A DNA stretch of 64,000 nucleotides from Octopus vulgaris (lineage: Eukaryota): NCBI GenBank assembly GCA_951406725.2, contig OX597830.1:68324001-68388000 (forward strand), in the 5' to 3' direction. The position numbers were made by a program, and so were the translations under genes. Of the stretch, positions 25,578 through 41,564 are shown piece by piece. Under the pieces are notes generated by a model that searched no databases, was not told the origin of the DNA, and saw only the letters and a program-made list of their open reading frames with translations. Numbering within the stretch: position 1 is the stretch's first letter; every line of letters starts with the position of its first letter.

Positions 25578-26664
25578 GCCTTTCGTTACTATATTTCTGA
25601 CTAAAATACACCTCTTATGTGTTTCAATTAATTTCTAACATAATCATAAATTTAGTTTGGTTTCATTAAACAACTATAACATTTTTATTTATCAATATTT
25701 TAATGTGATTTTTGGAAGATAATTTAATGAAATGTTCACAAACAATTCTATACTATAATTTGTTTCACAAAGTGACTCTAATTGCAGGTAGATAAAGGTA
25801 AATTCAACAAAATATATAATTATTAAAATTTTGTTCAAACATCGCTATAGAAAATGGGTTATTAGCTAATATTCAATTGGGTATACAACAATATTTTACG
25901 ATAGAATTTGTTATTCTGGGTAACTTTCTGATACCCATAATAATATCTATGGCAAAATAGTCTTAATTTCATTTAAGATTGTGGGAAACCACTAACTATC
26001 CTTTCTTTCGCTTTGTTTACGTTTAGCGTAACGGTTCGTTTCCGCCATAATGATTTCAAATAGGCTCATTGGAAAAAGTAAAAAGAAATATTCTAAGGCT
26101 TTACTCTTCTGGGAAAGTCTGTGGCTTGGTCCAGTTTCCTCAGAAAAATCAAGGAAAGAAACAGTTTTTAAATTTTCACTCCATTCAGGTGCCAATTCAT
26201 TTTCTTTATCGCTGTCGGAGCTATCGGAATCACTGTTTTCCCTTTCGGAAAATGAAACATCAGATTCATTATCAAATACCACCAGCTGTTTTTTTTTTCA
26301 GTCATAGAGTTAGATTTATCAAAGTCTTCTGTAGAAAATCCTTCGAATTCTGACTCGCCGCTTGATATGATGAAATTCGTATCCATTTTTTTGTCAGAAT
26401 TACAAATTTTGAAAACACAATAGGAACAAATTTGGAAAAAAATCTCCCAAAATTCACAGAATTAAAATTACACTTCGATCGATGTACAAAACTGTAGATG
26501 AACTGTTTACAAAGTATAATCACGTGTTTTCACGAATGTAATAAAGATATTTGCTCTGATATTCTCATTTAAATATAAATAGGTAAATACGGGCGGCTTT
26601 TGGCGTGTGGTCACATTAACCAAAATTTTTTCGGGCGGCTTTGGGCGGTTTGGTAACGAAAGGG
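25578..26664 (-). mobile_element. piggyBac internal-deletion derivative (~1.09 kb)
   Basis: 12-bp TIRs, consensus CCCTTTCGTTAC / GTAACGAAAGGG; TTAA on the right and TGAA on the left. Remnant of an acidic transposase N-terminus (ESEFEGFSTED...ALEYFFLLFPMSLFEIIMAETNRYA). Confidence 0.9.
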
Positions 26665-27048
26665 TTAAAAGAGCTGGCAAGTTTGCATGACAACTATTTT
26701 TTCCTCAAATGAAAGGCGTGACCTCTAGGACAAAATTCCTCACCTTATAAAATGTGGCCCTAGTAGACCCGAATGAAATCGTGTTATATTAACCAAAATG
26801 TGAAAAGGGGTATAAATGGGGCTGGAAGGGGATTAAAATTTAAAGGAGCGAGTATTTAGGAATTCTCTGTTACATCAAGCTAAAAAATTTGCGCCAGCCT
26901 TTAAATCTTCAATGTGTTGCCGTCCATGATGAAGAGGTTTTGAATAATGCCATGGTGAGTCTACTGTCGTGAGAAAGAAACACCTCAAAAGTTGGTGTTA
27001 ACGAATTTTCTTTTACATCAAGTTGAATATTTTACAGGGACATTCCTC

Positions 27049-27153
27049 ATGTCCCTGTAAATTTTAGAGCGAATCGGACGGGACGTTGTGGCATTGAAAG
27101 CGAGGCAAACGGTAAAAATGCATTTCAGTTTTATATATAGGTATATATATATT

Positions 27154-27194
<41 letters not shown>

Positions 27195-27982
27195 GTGTTA
27201 CGATTTAGTTCTTTTTGCAACATTGAAACAGACCTTCCGGTACTTATGCCCTATATGATCATCCCCTACTATTATTCATATATTCGGGTATATTTCTATT
27301 TCTATTTATTTTCCAACTGCTAATGCTCTCTGTCAATCAATTCACAGACTGACCATTTCCAAAGACACCCATCTTCATATCTGTCTTACATCCCCCTCCC
27401 TCTCTTCTGTACTTTCTTTCTCACCATCTTTCTTTCCCTTTTTTCTTCTATTGTTTTGAGGAGTATTTATTCTCCCCTTATCATTTCTCTTAAATATAAT
27501 TTCAAACGATTTCCTTTACTTTTCACAGACTGACCATTTCCAAAGACAAACTTTTTATAGTCCACTTCCTTTCCCCTCCCTCTTTCATGTGCTTTCTCTT
27601 TCTCACCACGCTTACTTTCTGTCTCTCGTCTACTTTATGTTTTGGAGAGTATTTATTTATTTATTCATTCATTTATTTATTTATTATTAGTGTCTTTACT
27701 ATTTCTCTTAACATGATTTTATTTTAAAATATCTAACTCCTTTTACCCTTTTACCCTCTTACTTGTTTCAGTCATTTGACTGCTGCCATGCTTGAGCACT
27801 GCCTTTAGGGAGCAAATCGACTTCAGGACTTATTCTTTGCAAGCCTATTTGTGTCTTTTGCCGAACTGCTAATGACGGGGACGTAAACACACCAGCATCG
27901 GTTGTCAAGCGATGTTGGGGGACAAACACAGATACGCAAACATATACACAAACAAATACATATGTATATGTCTATATATATA

Positions 27983-28024
<42 letters not shown>

Positions 28025-28025
28025 A

Positions 28026-28066
<41 letters not shown>

Positions 28067-29743
28067 CATACATACGACAGTTTTCTTTCATTTTCCGTCT
28101 ATGGAAACTGTAGCGGCACGGTATACAATGTTTTGATTAGCAGATATTTCTAATTAAATGAAAGTCTCCGCCACATCACATCGCAATTCGAAGGCAAAGC
28201 ATTTGAAATCCAAAAACGAGACATTGATAGGAAATCATTAATAAGCGAAAGATACAGTGAAGCCCTAGCAGTCTGAAAACATTTTAGGGGTTACTGATTG
28301 CATGGGACATATTTTCAGTTAAATTTAGAAACTTTTCTTTACAACCTTGATAATAAGTAGCTGCCCGGTCAATATTGAAAAGAGAAAGCAAATCACATAC
28401 ATACACACGTGCATATATAGTTACATAGATATATACATACAAACATACACACATAAATACCTACGTACATATACAAACATACGTACACATACATACATAC
28501 ATACATACATACATACATACATACATACATACATACATACATACATACATAAATGTATGCATTCATGCATATATAATTAAACTGCTATGGTTGCTTGCTG
28601 CAAAGTAAAAGAACGAAGGAGAGTAGCATAACAGGGTTTGGGAGATAAATCTATGAATCAGACACACAAACACTCACATACACACACACATACACACACA
28701 CACACGCACACACACACTTACAAACACACACACACACTGAAGCTCATACAAACAAGTATGCAGCGACATTCAATATCCTTATTGTCGCTCGTAATTTACG
28801 TACCATGCAGTTTTGATTTAGTTCTTTGTATTCCATTTGAGATTCTTGCTCACGTTCTCATAATTAATCGATGAATCATGTTCTGCTCTATTTTGAACAA
28901 ACCTACACGTTGTATTATTATTTTTACTTCCTTATTCAATGAATAATCACAAATATCTTTGTATAGAAATCAACTTCTGTCTGGGCAAACGATATTTCAG
29001 CAAAGAAGCATTAAACTATATTCACGATAAGGTATGTAAGGGAATATTAGGGTGTGGATTTAGCTATAAGCATTTAAAATCCTTTTCACTTTAATACTAT
29101 GATACATTGGTTGTTAGCTGCAAAGTGAAACAAGGATGACAAATATCATAATAGGTTTGGACATGTAAATATATAAATAAAACACACACACATACAGATA
29201 AAGGCACGCACTCACACATGTGCACATTCTCTCACGCATAAATCCACGTTCAGTCTCCTTTATCTCTCTCGGAATTCATGTACCACGCAGATTTATTTAA
29301 TTTGCTTGTATTCGATTTGAAATGTTTGTTGAAATTCTCATAAATACCCTGCCCTATTTTAAACATACCCAGGCGTTGCCATGTAACATCAACCCTTAGG
29401 AACGAGAAATGCAGCAACAAAGTCATTAGCAATAAAGTTTAGGTTGAACCTATTTTCATAAGTATACACGTACTTGCCGTGATCCCTATCTACCTAACTA
29501 TATACATGCACACACGCATATGCATACATACACACATACATGCATACATGCATACATAGATACATACATATTACATGCATTCATACATACATAAATGCCT
29601 ACCTACATGCACACATGCATGCATACATACATGCATATATATGTATACACTTTATTTTGTTTGTGCTCGTCTTTGGGTGTCTAAGCGACCTTCGATTTGG
29701 GTATATGTGTATATTTGTATAGATCTATCTTTTTCTCCCTGAG

Positions 29744-29784
<41 letters not shown>

Positions 29785-29838
29785 TAGCTGAAGGTGATCC
29801 GCTCTACGTGCGGATAAGAGTGTGGTTGTTACTTTCTG
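27049..29838 (-). repeat. Inverted block 1 of the array
   Basis: Reverse complement of Helitron 5' start, upstream block, SINE, downstream block and a Helitron 3' end (CTAG at 29784-29787). Confidence 0.9.
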
Positions 29839-30399
29839 AGTAAAATATTTTAAAATAAAATCATGTTAAGAGAAATAGTAAAGACACAAATAATAAATAA
29901 ATAAAGAAATGAATAAATAAATAACTAAATGCTCTCCAAAATATAAAGTAGACGAGAGACAGAAAGTAAGCGTGGTGAGAAGGAAAAAGCACATGAAAGA
30001 GGGAGGGGAAAGGAAGAGAACTATAAAAAGTTTGTCTTTGGAAATGGTCAGTCTGTGAAAAGTAAAGAAAATCGTTTGAAATTATATTTAAGAGAAATGA
30101 TAAAGGGAGAATAAATACTCCTCAAAACAATAGAGGAGAGAAAGAAAAGAAAGATGGTGAGAAAGAAAGTACAGAAGAGAGGGAGGGGGATGTAAGACAG
30201 ATATGAAGATGGGTGCCTTTGGAAATGGTCAGTCTGTGAATTGATTGACAGAGAGCATTAGCAGTTGGAAAATAAATATAAATAGAATTATACCCGAATA
30301 TATGAATAATAGTAGGGTATGATCAAAGAGGGCAAATGTACCGGAAGGTATATTTCAATGTTGCAAAAGGACTAAATCGTAACACGTATATATATATAC

Positions 30400-30892
30400 A
30401 CAAATATTCCTCCTTCCTCCCTTTTCTCACTACTGACCTTTGTCTGCTATGCTGCTGCTATGCTGACCACCGTCTCGCCCTACCTCACACGCCTACACAC
30501 AGACGCACACACTAACACATACATATATTTTTTGTTTTTTTACCTCGCCTCACACACACACATACACACACGCACACGCACACACTCACGCATACACACA
30601 CATCTGTTGCGTCACCAACCTTGTCTCCACTCTTTTGCCTTTAAAAACCCACTTTGCTCTTGTTATCGTAAACATCCGCCTTTCACCATGTGCTACTGCT
30701 AACACCAGCCGTTTTTTTCTCTATCTCCGTTGCCCGCTCCGGGATCTTTCTTTCCTCTCTCTTCCTTCTTTATGTTTCCGACGAAGAGCTCCGCTCGAAA
30801 CGTCATACCTCCCTGCTTCCATTTCCTGAGCGCCTATTAATAATAATACTGTAATTGTTCCCTTGTTGTTGTTTTTTTGTTTCCCGTTTGGA

Positions 30893-30905
<13 letters not shown>
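30400..30905 (+). mobile_element. Copy-specific insertion in (TA)n: PLE-like 3' terminal fragment
   Basis: Unique C/T-rich 0.5-kb insert absent from sister units; contains a hammerhead motif and ends in an A run. Confidence 0.6.
30774..30808 (+). ncRNA. Minimal type I hammerhead ribozyme, U4C core variant
   Basis: GTTT-CCGACGA-A-GAGC-tcc-GCTC-GAA-ACGT-C-ATAC; palindromic ACGT, GUC triplet, one mismatch in stem I. Confidence 0.7.
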
Positions 30906-32838
<1,933 letters not shown>

Positions 32839-33449
32839 AATACATATGTATGTGTTTGTGTATATGTTTGCGTGTCTGTGTTTGTCCCCCCAACATCGCT
32901 TGACAACCGATGCTGGTGTGTTTAAGTCCCCGTAACTTAGCGGTTCGGCAAAAGACCCCGATAGATTAAGTACTAGGCTTACAAACAATAAGTCCTGGTG
33001 TCGATTTGTTCGACTAAAGGCAGTGCTCCAGCATAGGCAGCAGTCAAATGACTGAAACAAGTAAGCGAGTAAAAGAGTAAAATATTTAAAAATAAAATCA
33101 TGTTAAGAGAAATAGTAAAGACACAAACAATAAATAAATAAATGAATAAATAAATAGATAAATAAATACTCTCTAAAATATAAAGTAGACGAGAGACAGA
33201 AAGTTAGCGTGGTGAGAAGGAAAAAGTACATGAAAGAGGGAGGGGAAGAAAAAGGATTATAAAAAGGTTATCTTTGGAAATGGTCAGTCTGTGAATTGAT
33301 TGACAGAGATCATTAGCAGCTGGAAAATAAATATAAATAGAATTATACCCGAATATATGAATAATAGTAGGGTATGATCATACAGGGCAAAAGTACCGGA
33401 AGGTATATTTCAATGTTGCAAAAGGACTAAATCGTAACACGTATATATA

Positions 33450-34175
33450 TATATATATATAAAACTGAAATGCATTTTTACCGTTTGGCTCGCTTTCAAT
33501 GCCACAACGTCCCGTCCGATTCGCTCTAGAATTTACAGGGGCATGTAGAATGAGGTGACGATGTCTATGGGCTACGTTAGAAATCCCTATCTTAAAAGGT
33601 GTGGTTGCTAGAAGCCATCATTCTCACTCACGCTATTTCCTTTATTCCCCTCTTGCTCCCTTCAGCTATAACTTTGACAATGTCCACTCCTGTTATTTAA
33701 TGTATTCCCTTCAAATCCCTTTAACTTTTCCTTTATAAGTTCGTCACACGGCGTTCTTTGATCGATCTGCCTGCATTCATAGGGAGAATTATCATTGCCA
33801 CCAACAACACACAATCATGAGAACAAATATTATGAATCAGATATTCATTGCGTTCATTTATATATGTGTGTGTGTGTGTGTTCGATATATAGATATGTAT
33901 ATATAATGTAAATATACAAAGTGTATATATCTGTATTTATGTATATTAAACCTTTTAATACTTTTTGATATTTATATATATTTTTAAACAAATTATAAAT
34001 ACAATTTAATAATTTTTATTTTAAATTTATATAATTTAAATTTTTCTATTTTAATTATTTTCTATATAATATTTTTATTTTTATGTTTTTGTTTTTGTTT
34101 TTTTGCCTATTTGTGGTTTTATCTCTAATTTAATTTATACATATATATATATATAATTTGTAAATATAATGCGTG

Positions 34176-34225
<50 letters not shown>

Positions 34226-36508
34226 ATGTGTGCTTTATGTGGTCCGTCGGTTCAGCTGAAAATATGCACTTCTATGAACCATTTCGTCACTATATTTCTG
34301 ACCAAAATACACACCCTATGTGTTTCAATTAATTTCTAACATAAACATAAGTTTACTTTGGTTTCATTAAACAACTATAACATTTTTATTTATCAATATT
34401 TTAATGTGATCTTTGGAAGATAATTTAATGAAATGTTCTCAACCAATTCTATACTATAATTTTTGTCACAAATTGACTCTAATTGCAGGTAGATACAGTT
34501 AAATTCAACAAAATATAAAATTATTAAAATTTTGTTCAAACATCGCTATATAAAATGGGTTATTAGCTAATATTCAATTGGGTATACAAGAAAATTTTAC
34601 GATAGAATTTGTTATTCTGGGTAACTGTCTGATGCCCATAAAAATATTTATGGCTAAATAGTCTTAATTTCATTTAAGGTTGTGGGAAACAACTAACTAT
34701 CCTTTCTTTCGCTTTGTTTACATTTAGCGTAACCGTTCGTTTACGCCATAATGATTTCAAATAGGCTCATTCGGAGAAGTAAAAAGAAATATTCTAAGGC
34801 TTTACTCTCCTGGGAAAGTCTGTGGTTTGGTCCAGTTTCTTCAGAGAAATCACCGAAAGAAACAGTTTTTTAAATTTCACTCCATTCAGGTGCCAATTCA
34901 TTTTCTTTATTGCTGTTGGAGCTCTCGGATTCACTGTTTTCAGTTTTGGAAAATGGAACATCAGATTCCTTATCAAATACAATGTGCTGTTTTTTTTTCA
35001 ATCATAGAGTTAGATTTATCAAGGTCTTCAGTAGAAAATACGTCGAATTCTGACTCGCCGCTTGATATGATGAAAATCGTATCCTTTTTTTGTCAGAATT
35101 ACAAATTTTGACAAAAACACAATAGGAACAATTTTCGGAAAAAAGTCTCCCAAAATTCACGGAATTAAAATTACACTTCGATCGTTGTACAAAACTGTAG
35201 ATGAACTTTTTACGAATTATTATCACGTTTTTTCACGAATGTGATAAAGAGATTTGGTCTGATATTCTCATTTAAATATAAATAGATAAATACGGGTGGG
35301 TTTTGGCGGTTTGGTCACATTAACCAAAATCTTTTTCGGGCGGCTTTGGGTGGTTTGGTATCGAAAGCGTTAAAAGTGCTGGCAAGTTTGCATGACAACT
35401 ATTTTATCCTCAAATGAAAGGCGTTACCTCTAGGACAAAATTCCTCATCTTATAAAATGTGGCCCCAGTAGACCCGAATGAAATCGGGTTATATTAACCA
35501 AAATGTGAAAAGGGGTATAAATGGGGCTGGAAGGGGATTAAAATTTAAAGGAGCGAGTATTTAGGAATTCTCTGTTACATCAAGCTAAAAAATTTGCGCC
35601 AGCCTTTTAATCTTCAATGTGTTGCCGTCCATGATGAAAAGGTTTTGAATAATGCCATGGTGAGTCTACTGTCGTGAGAAAGAATTACTTCAAATGTTGG
35701 TGTTTACGAATTTTCTTTTACATCTAGTTGAAAATTTTACGCCAGCCGTTAAACTGTCAATACGTTGCTTTCCGTCATTAAGAAATGCCAGCCATGGTGA
35801 CACTAATATACTCAGATTCTATCCCTTCAATCTTTGCTTTCCAATATTTTATTATGTTTATTCAGCTCGCAAGTTCGTCTGTCCCCTTAAAATGTTAGAG
35901 TTTTGCTGTCTGCCTCGAAGCAGACCTTTCCGTTGCCACTGCCTGATATTTATGATTGATCTTTCTAAATATTTTATTTCTCAACTTACTCAAGATCTTT
36001 TGTTGTTTATAAATGGGAGAGAGATAGATAAAAATAGAGAGTAAGAGAAAGCGAAGGAGAGTCCAAGAGAAAAGAAAAGTGAGAGAATGAGAAAGTGAGA
36101 GAGAAAGCAGAGAGAAAAAAAGAGGGAGAATCCTCATCCTCATCATCGTCTAACGTCCGTTTTCCGTGCTAGCACGGGTTGGACAGTTTGACCGGGGTCT
36201 GGGAATCCAGGAGGCTGCACCAGGCTCCAGTCTTATCTGGCAGTGTTTCTGCAGGTGGATGACCTTCCTAACGCCAATCACTCTGTGAGTGTAGTGGGTG
36301 CCTTTTTCGTGCCTCCGACACAGGTGCCAAGGGGGCTCGCAGCGGCAACGATCGTTTGGTGCTTTTTACGTGTCACTGGCACAGCAGCCAGTCAAGGCGG
36401 CGCTGCGATCGGCTACGTTCGTATGGTGCTTTTTACGTGCTGAAAGGAAGCAAAAGAAAGTAACAACCACACTCTTACCAGCGCGTAGTGCGGGTCATCT
36501 TCAGCTAG
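33450..36508 (+). mobile_element. Complete non-autonomous Helitron-like element (~3.06 kb) containing piggyBac 34279-35369
   Basis: 5' (TA)nAAAACTGAAATG; 3' hairpin ACCAGCGC-GTA-GTGCGGGT then CATCTTCAG-CTAG|T. Confidence 0.8.
36135..36440 (-). mobile_element. SINE/LINE-tail fragment embedded in the Helitron-like unit (also ~41180-41495, 45840-46150, 53828-54075, 55670-55905, 58342-58652, 63392-63702)
   Basis: Minus-strand 3' end consensus GGACGTTAAACGATGATGATG, a retroposon-type tail with (GAT)n; GC-rich body. Confidence 0.7.
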
Positions 36509-37537
36509 TATATATATATATATATATTGTTTCAGGGAGAAAAATATAGATGTATACAAATATACACATATACCCAAATCGAAGGTCGCTCAGACACCCA
36601 AAGACGAGCACACACAAAATAAAGTGTATACATATATATGCATGTATGTATGCATGCATGTGTGCATGTAGGTAGGCATTTATGTATGTATGAATGCATG
36701 TAATATGTATGTATCTATGTATGCATGCATGCATGTATGTGTGTATTTATGTATGCATATGCGTGTGTCTATGTATATAGGCAGGTAGATAGGGAGCACG
36801 GCAAGTACGTGTATATGTATGAAAATAGTTTCAACCTAAACTTTATTGCTAATGGTTTTGTTGCTGCATTTCTCGTTCCTAAGGGTTGATGTTACATGGC
36901 AACGCCTGGGTATGTTTAAAATAGGGCAGAGTATTTATGAGAATTTCAAGAAACATTTCAAATCGAATTCAAGCAAATTAAATAAATCTGCGTGGTACAT
37001 GAATTCCGAGAGTGATAAAGGAGACTGAACGTGGTTTTATGCGTGAGAGAATGTGCACATGTGTGAGTGCGTGCCTCTTTGTGTATGTGTGTGTGTTTTA
37101 TTTATATATTTACATGTCCAAACCTATTACGATATTTGTCATCCCCGTTTCACTTTGAAGCTAACAACCAAAGTATCATAGTATTAAATTGAAAAGGATT
37201 TTAAATGCTTATAGCTAAATCCACACCCTAATATTCCCTTACATACCTTATCGTGAATATAGTTCAATTCTTCTTTGTTGTAATATCATTTGCCCAGACA
37301 GAAGTTGATTTCTATGCAAAGATGTTTGTGATTATTCATTGAATAAGGAAGAAAAAATAATAATACAACGTGTAGGTTTGTTCAAAATAGAGCAGAGCAT
37401 AATTCACCGATTAATTATGAGAAAGTGAGCACGAATCTCAAATGGAATACAAAGAACTAAATCAAAACTGCATGGTACGTAAATTACGAGCGACAATAAG
37501 GATATTGAATGCCGCTAAATACTTCTGTTTATGACGT

Positions 37538-37602
<65 letters not shown>

Positions 37603-38934
37603 CGTGTGTGTGTGTACGTGTGTGTGCATGTGAATGTTCGTGTGTCTGATTCATATATTTAACTCCCAAACCCTATTATGCTATTCTCCTCCGTTCTTTC
37701 ACTTTGCAGCTAGCAACCATGGCAGTTTAATTATATATGCATGAATGCATACATTTATGTATGTTTGTTTGTATGTATGTATGTATGTATGTATGTATGT
37801 ATGTATGTATGTATGTATGTACGTATAGGTACGTATGTATGTATTTGTACGTAGGTATTTATGTGTGTATGTTTGTATGTATATATCTATGTAACTATGT
37901 ATGCACGTGTGTGTATGTATGTAATTTACTTCCTCTTTTCAATATTGACCGGGCAGCTACATATTATCAAGGTTGTAAAGAAAAGTTTCTAAATTTAACT
38001 GAAAATATGTCCCATGCAATCAGTAACCCCTAAAATGTTTTCAGACTGCTAGGGCTTCACTGTATCTTTCACTTATTAATGATTTCCTATCAACGTCTCG
38101 TTTTTGGATTTCAAATGCTTTGCCTTCGAATTGCGATGTGATGTGGCGGAGACTTTCATTTAATTAGAAATATCTGCTAATCAAAACATTGTATACCGTG
38201 TCGCTACAGCTTCCAACAATTATAATTCCGTTAATTATCTTTTCCTGTTACTCATATCTCTCACTCTCAACAGGCTCGACAGCGATAAAATATATTTTTG
38301 AGCAATATCTTAATAATAATTATCGATGTTAAGTCTGTATGTCAATATTTACGAATACATTTACGCCTGCACGAACATACACACGCACACGCATATATAT
38401 GCATGACCAATTCCGATAAACACAAGGCTAGATTGTTCGCTCGAACGTACGTTTCACTATTCTAGTTCTTTGCGACACTGCATTGGATGTTTCAAGTGGA
38501 ATGGATTCTTAACAACAACGGATCATCAGGGAACATCTTACTCCATCACGTTATATACGCCTAATGTCTTGAGTTGGGCAGATGGCGCGAGATTTTATAA
38601 GAATTTTGAGAGGGAAGAATGAAAAAGATATGATCAGAGAAAGATAAAGGGAGACGAAGAAAGAAAGAAGAATGTGAGAGAGAAAACGACAATATTGTAA
38701 TTATAAAAAGTAAGAATGAACGATGAGAAGGACTGAACTGGAAAAGTGAATAAAAATTAAACAAAATAGGCGTAGGAGTGGCTGTGTGGTAAGTAGCTTG
38801 CTTACGAACCACATGGTTCCGGGTTCAGTCCCACTGTGTGGAGCCTTGGGCAAGTGTCTTCTATAGCCTCAGGCTGACCAATGCCTTGTCAGTGGATTTG
38901 GTAGACGGAAAATGAAAGAAGCCTGTCGTATGTA

Positions 38935-39000
<66 letters not shown>

Positions 39001-39425
39001 GTATGTGTTTGTGTATATGTTTGCGTGTCTGTGTTTGTCCCCCCAACATCGCTTGACAACCGATGCTGGTGTGTTTACGTCCCCGTAACTTAGCGGTTCG
39101 GCAAAAGACACCGATAGAATAAGTACTACGCTTACATACAAGTCCTGGTGTCGATTTGCTCGACTAAAGGCAGTGCTCCAGCATGGCAGCAGTCAAATGA
39201 CTGAAACAAGTAAGAGAGTAAAAGAGTAAAAAGAGTAAAATATTTTAAAATAAAATCATGTTAAGAGAAATAGTAAAGACACAAACAATAAATAAATAAA
39301 TGAATAAATAAATAAATAGAAATAGAAATATACCCGAATATATGAATAATAGTAGGGTATGATCATACAGGGCAAAAGTACCGGAAGGTATATTTCAATG
39401 TTGCAAAAGGACTAAATCGTACCAC

Positions 39426-39454
<29 letters not shown>

Positions 39455-39469
<15 letters not shown>

Positions 39470-41564
39470 CTGAAATGCGTTTTTACCGCTTGGTTCGCTT
39501 TCAATGCCACTACATCCCGTCCGATTCGCTCCAAAATTTACAGGGACATGTAGAATGAGCTGATGATGCGCGTGGGCTACCTTACAAATCTCTATCTTAA
39601 AAGGTGTGGTTGCTAGGGGCCATCTTCCTACCTCACCCTATTTCCTCCAGTACTCTGTCACTCCTCTTCATTTGACAATGCAACTACCGTTATTTAATGT
39701 AAAGTCTTCCTCAAATCGCTCTGTAGCTATTTACTCTCTTCCAAGAACATTTTCACTCACTCTATCTCTTACCTTCCTATACATTTTACTCATGTATCTC
39801 TCAGCGTTCATGGACAGTAACAAATATTACTCGCCATCCCCATCGCCATCGCATTCTATTGTCTACCTGTCAACACACACACACACACACATATATTCAT
39901 ATATCTAATATTATATTTTTATTTTTCTGTTTTTGTTTTTGGTTTTTTACTGTTTCATTTCCCTATTAGTGGTTTTATCTCTAATTTAATTTCTACAGCG
40001 TGCACACACACACACACACACACGCACACACACACGCACACACCTATATGTAGCCCCAGTACACCCGAATGAAATCGGGTTCTCTTCATCAAAATGTGAA
40101 AAGGGGTCTACAATTATCATCGCCACAACTTATGTATGTCTTCCTCACTCACTCACTCTTTTTCCTAATGATAATTATCATCGCCACCACCAACACCACC
40201 AACACACAATCTGGGCAATCTTTCTCTTATAACAAATCATGTTTACATTGCAACGACGTCTGCCACCTCCGACGTCTCTATTTATTCTGCAAATGACCAG
40301 AACTCGGGAAACTTAGTTTAGTGTTCTATGGTCTATGACCAGAACTCGGGAAACTTGGTTGAGTGTTCTATGGTCTATGACCAGAACTCGGGAAACTTGC
40401 TTCACTGTTCTATGGTCTATGACCAGAAATCGGGAAACTTGGTTGAGTGTTCTATGGTCTATGACCAGAACTTGGGAAACTTGGTTGTGTCCTCATCTTA
40501 TAAAATGTGGCCCCAGTAGACCCAAATTAAATCGGGTTATATTAACCAAAAGGTGAAAAGGGGTATAAATGGGGCTGGAAGGGGATTAAAATTTAAAGGA
40601 GCGGGTGTTTAGCAATTCCCTGTTACATCAAGCTAAAAAATTTGCTCCAGCCTTTTATTCGTCAATGTGTTGCCGTCCATGATGAAGAAGTTTTGAATGC
40701 TTGCCATCGTGAGTCTACTGTCGTGAGAAAGAATCAAGTCAAAACTTGGTTTTTAGGGATTTTCTTTTACATCAAGTTCAAACTTTTACGCCAGCCGTTG
40801 AACTGTCAATACGTTGCTGTCCGTCGCTAAGAAATGCCAGCCATGGTGACTCTACTATCCTCAAATTCTATCCCTTCAAATTTTGGTTTCCAATATTTTA
40901 TTATTTTTTTTCAGCTCGCAAGTTCGTCTGTCCCTTTTAAATGTTAGTGTTTTGCTGTCTGTCTTGAAGCAGACCTTTCCTTTGTAACTGCCTGATATTT
41001 ATGATTGATCTTTCTAAATATTTTATTTCTCAACTTACTCAAAATCTTTTGTTGTTTATAAATGGGAGAGAGATACATAAAGATAGAGAGTAAGAGAAAG
41101 CGAGGGAGAGTCCGAGAGAAAGGAAGAGTAAGAGAGTGGGAAAGTGAGAGAGAAAGGAGAAAGAAACAAAGAGGGAGAATCATCATCATCATCATCATCA
41201 TCATCGTTTAACGTCCGTTTTCTATGCTAGCACGGGTTGGACAGTTTGACAGGGGTCTGGGAAGCCAGGAGGCTGCACCAGGCTCCAGTCTGATCTGGCA
41301 GTGTTTCGACAGGTGGATGCCCTTCCTAACGCCAACCACTCTGTGAGCGTAGTGCGTGCTTTTTTCGTGCCGCCTGCACAGGTGCCAGGGGGCTGTCAGC
41401 GGCCACGATCGGTTGGTGCTTTTTACGTGCCACCAGCACAGAAGCCAGTCAAGGCGGCGCTGCATCCGCCACGTTCGGATGGTGCTTTTTACGTGCTGAA
41501 AGGAAGGAACAGAAAGTAACAACCACACTCTTACCAGCGCGTAGAGCGGGTCACCTTCAGCTAG
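39455..41564 (+). mobile_element. Divergent ~2.1-kb Helitron-like variant lacking piggyBac and containing a 42-bp minisatellite
   Basis: Same termini (TA..AACTGAAATG; hairpin + TTCAGCTAG) but a clearly diverged interior. Confidence 0.75.
40293..40487 (+). repeat. 42-bp tandem repeat, ~4.6 copies
   Basis: Unit ATGACCAGAACTCGGGAAACTTGGTTGAGTGTTCTATGGTCT starting at 40293, 40335, 40377, 40419 and 40461. Confidence 0.95.

Larger units (their letters stand above)
24040..27030 (+). mobile_element. Non-autonomous Helitron-like copy, 3'-truncated by an inversion
   Basis: Starts (TA)nAAAACTGAAATG...CCGTCCGATT, contains the piggyBac and breaks off at the 27031 hairpin. Confidence 0.7.

Noticed and set aside
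25992-26386. Domesticated PGBD-type host gene
   Set aside because: Only an N-terminal remnant with frameshift and stop, no DDD domain, and flanked by TIRs.
40293-40487. CRISPR-like regularly spaced repeat
   Set aside because: Units are contiguous 42-mers with no unique spacers, no cas genes and a eukaryotic context; it is a minisatellite.
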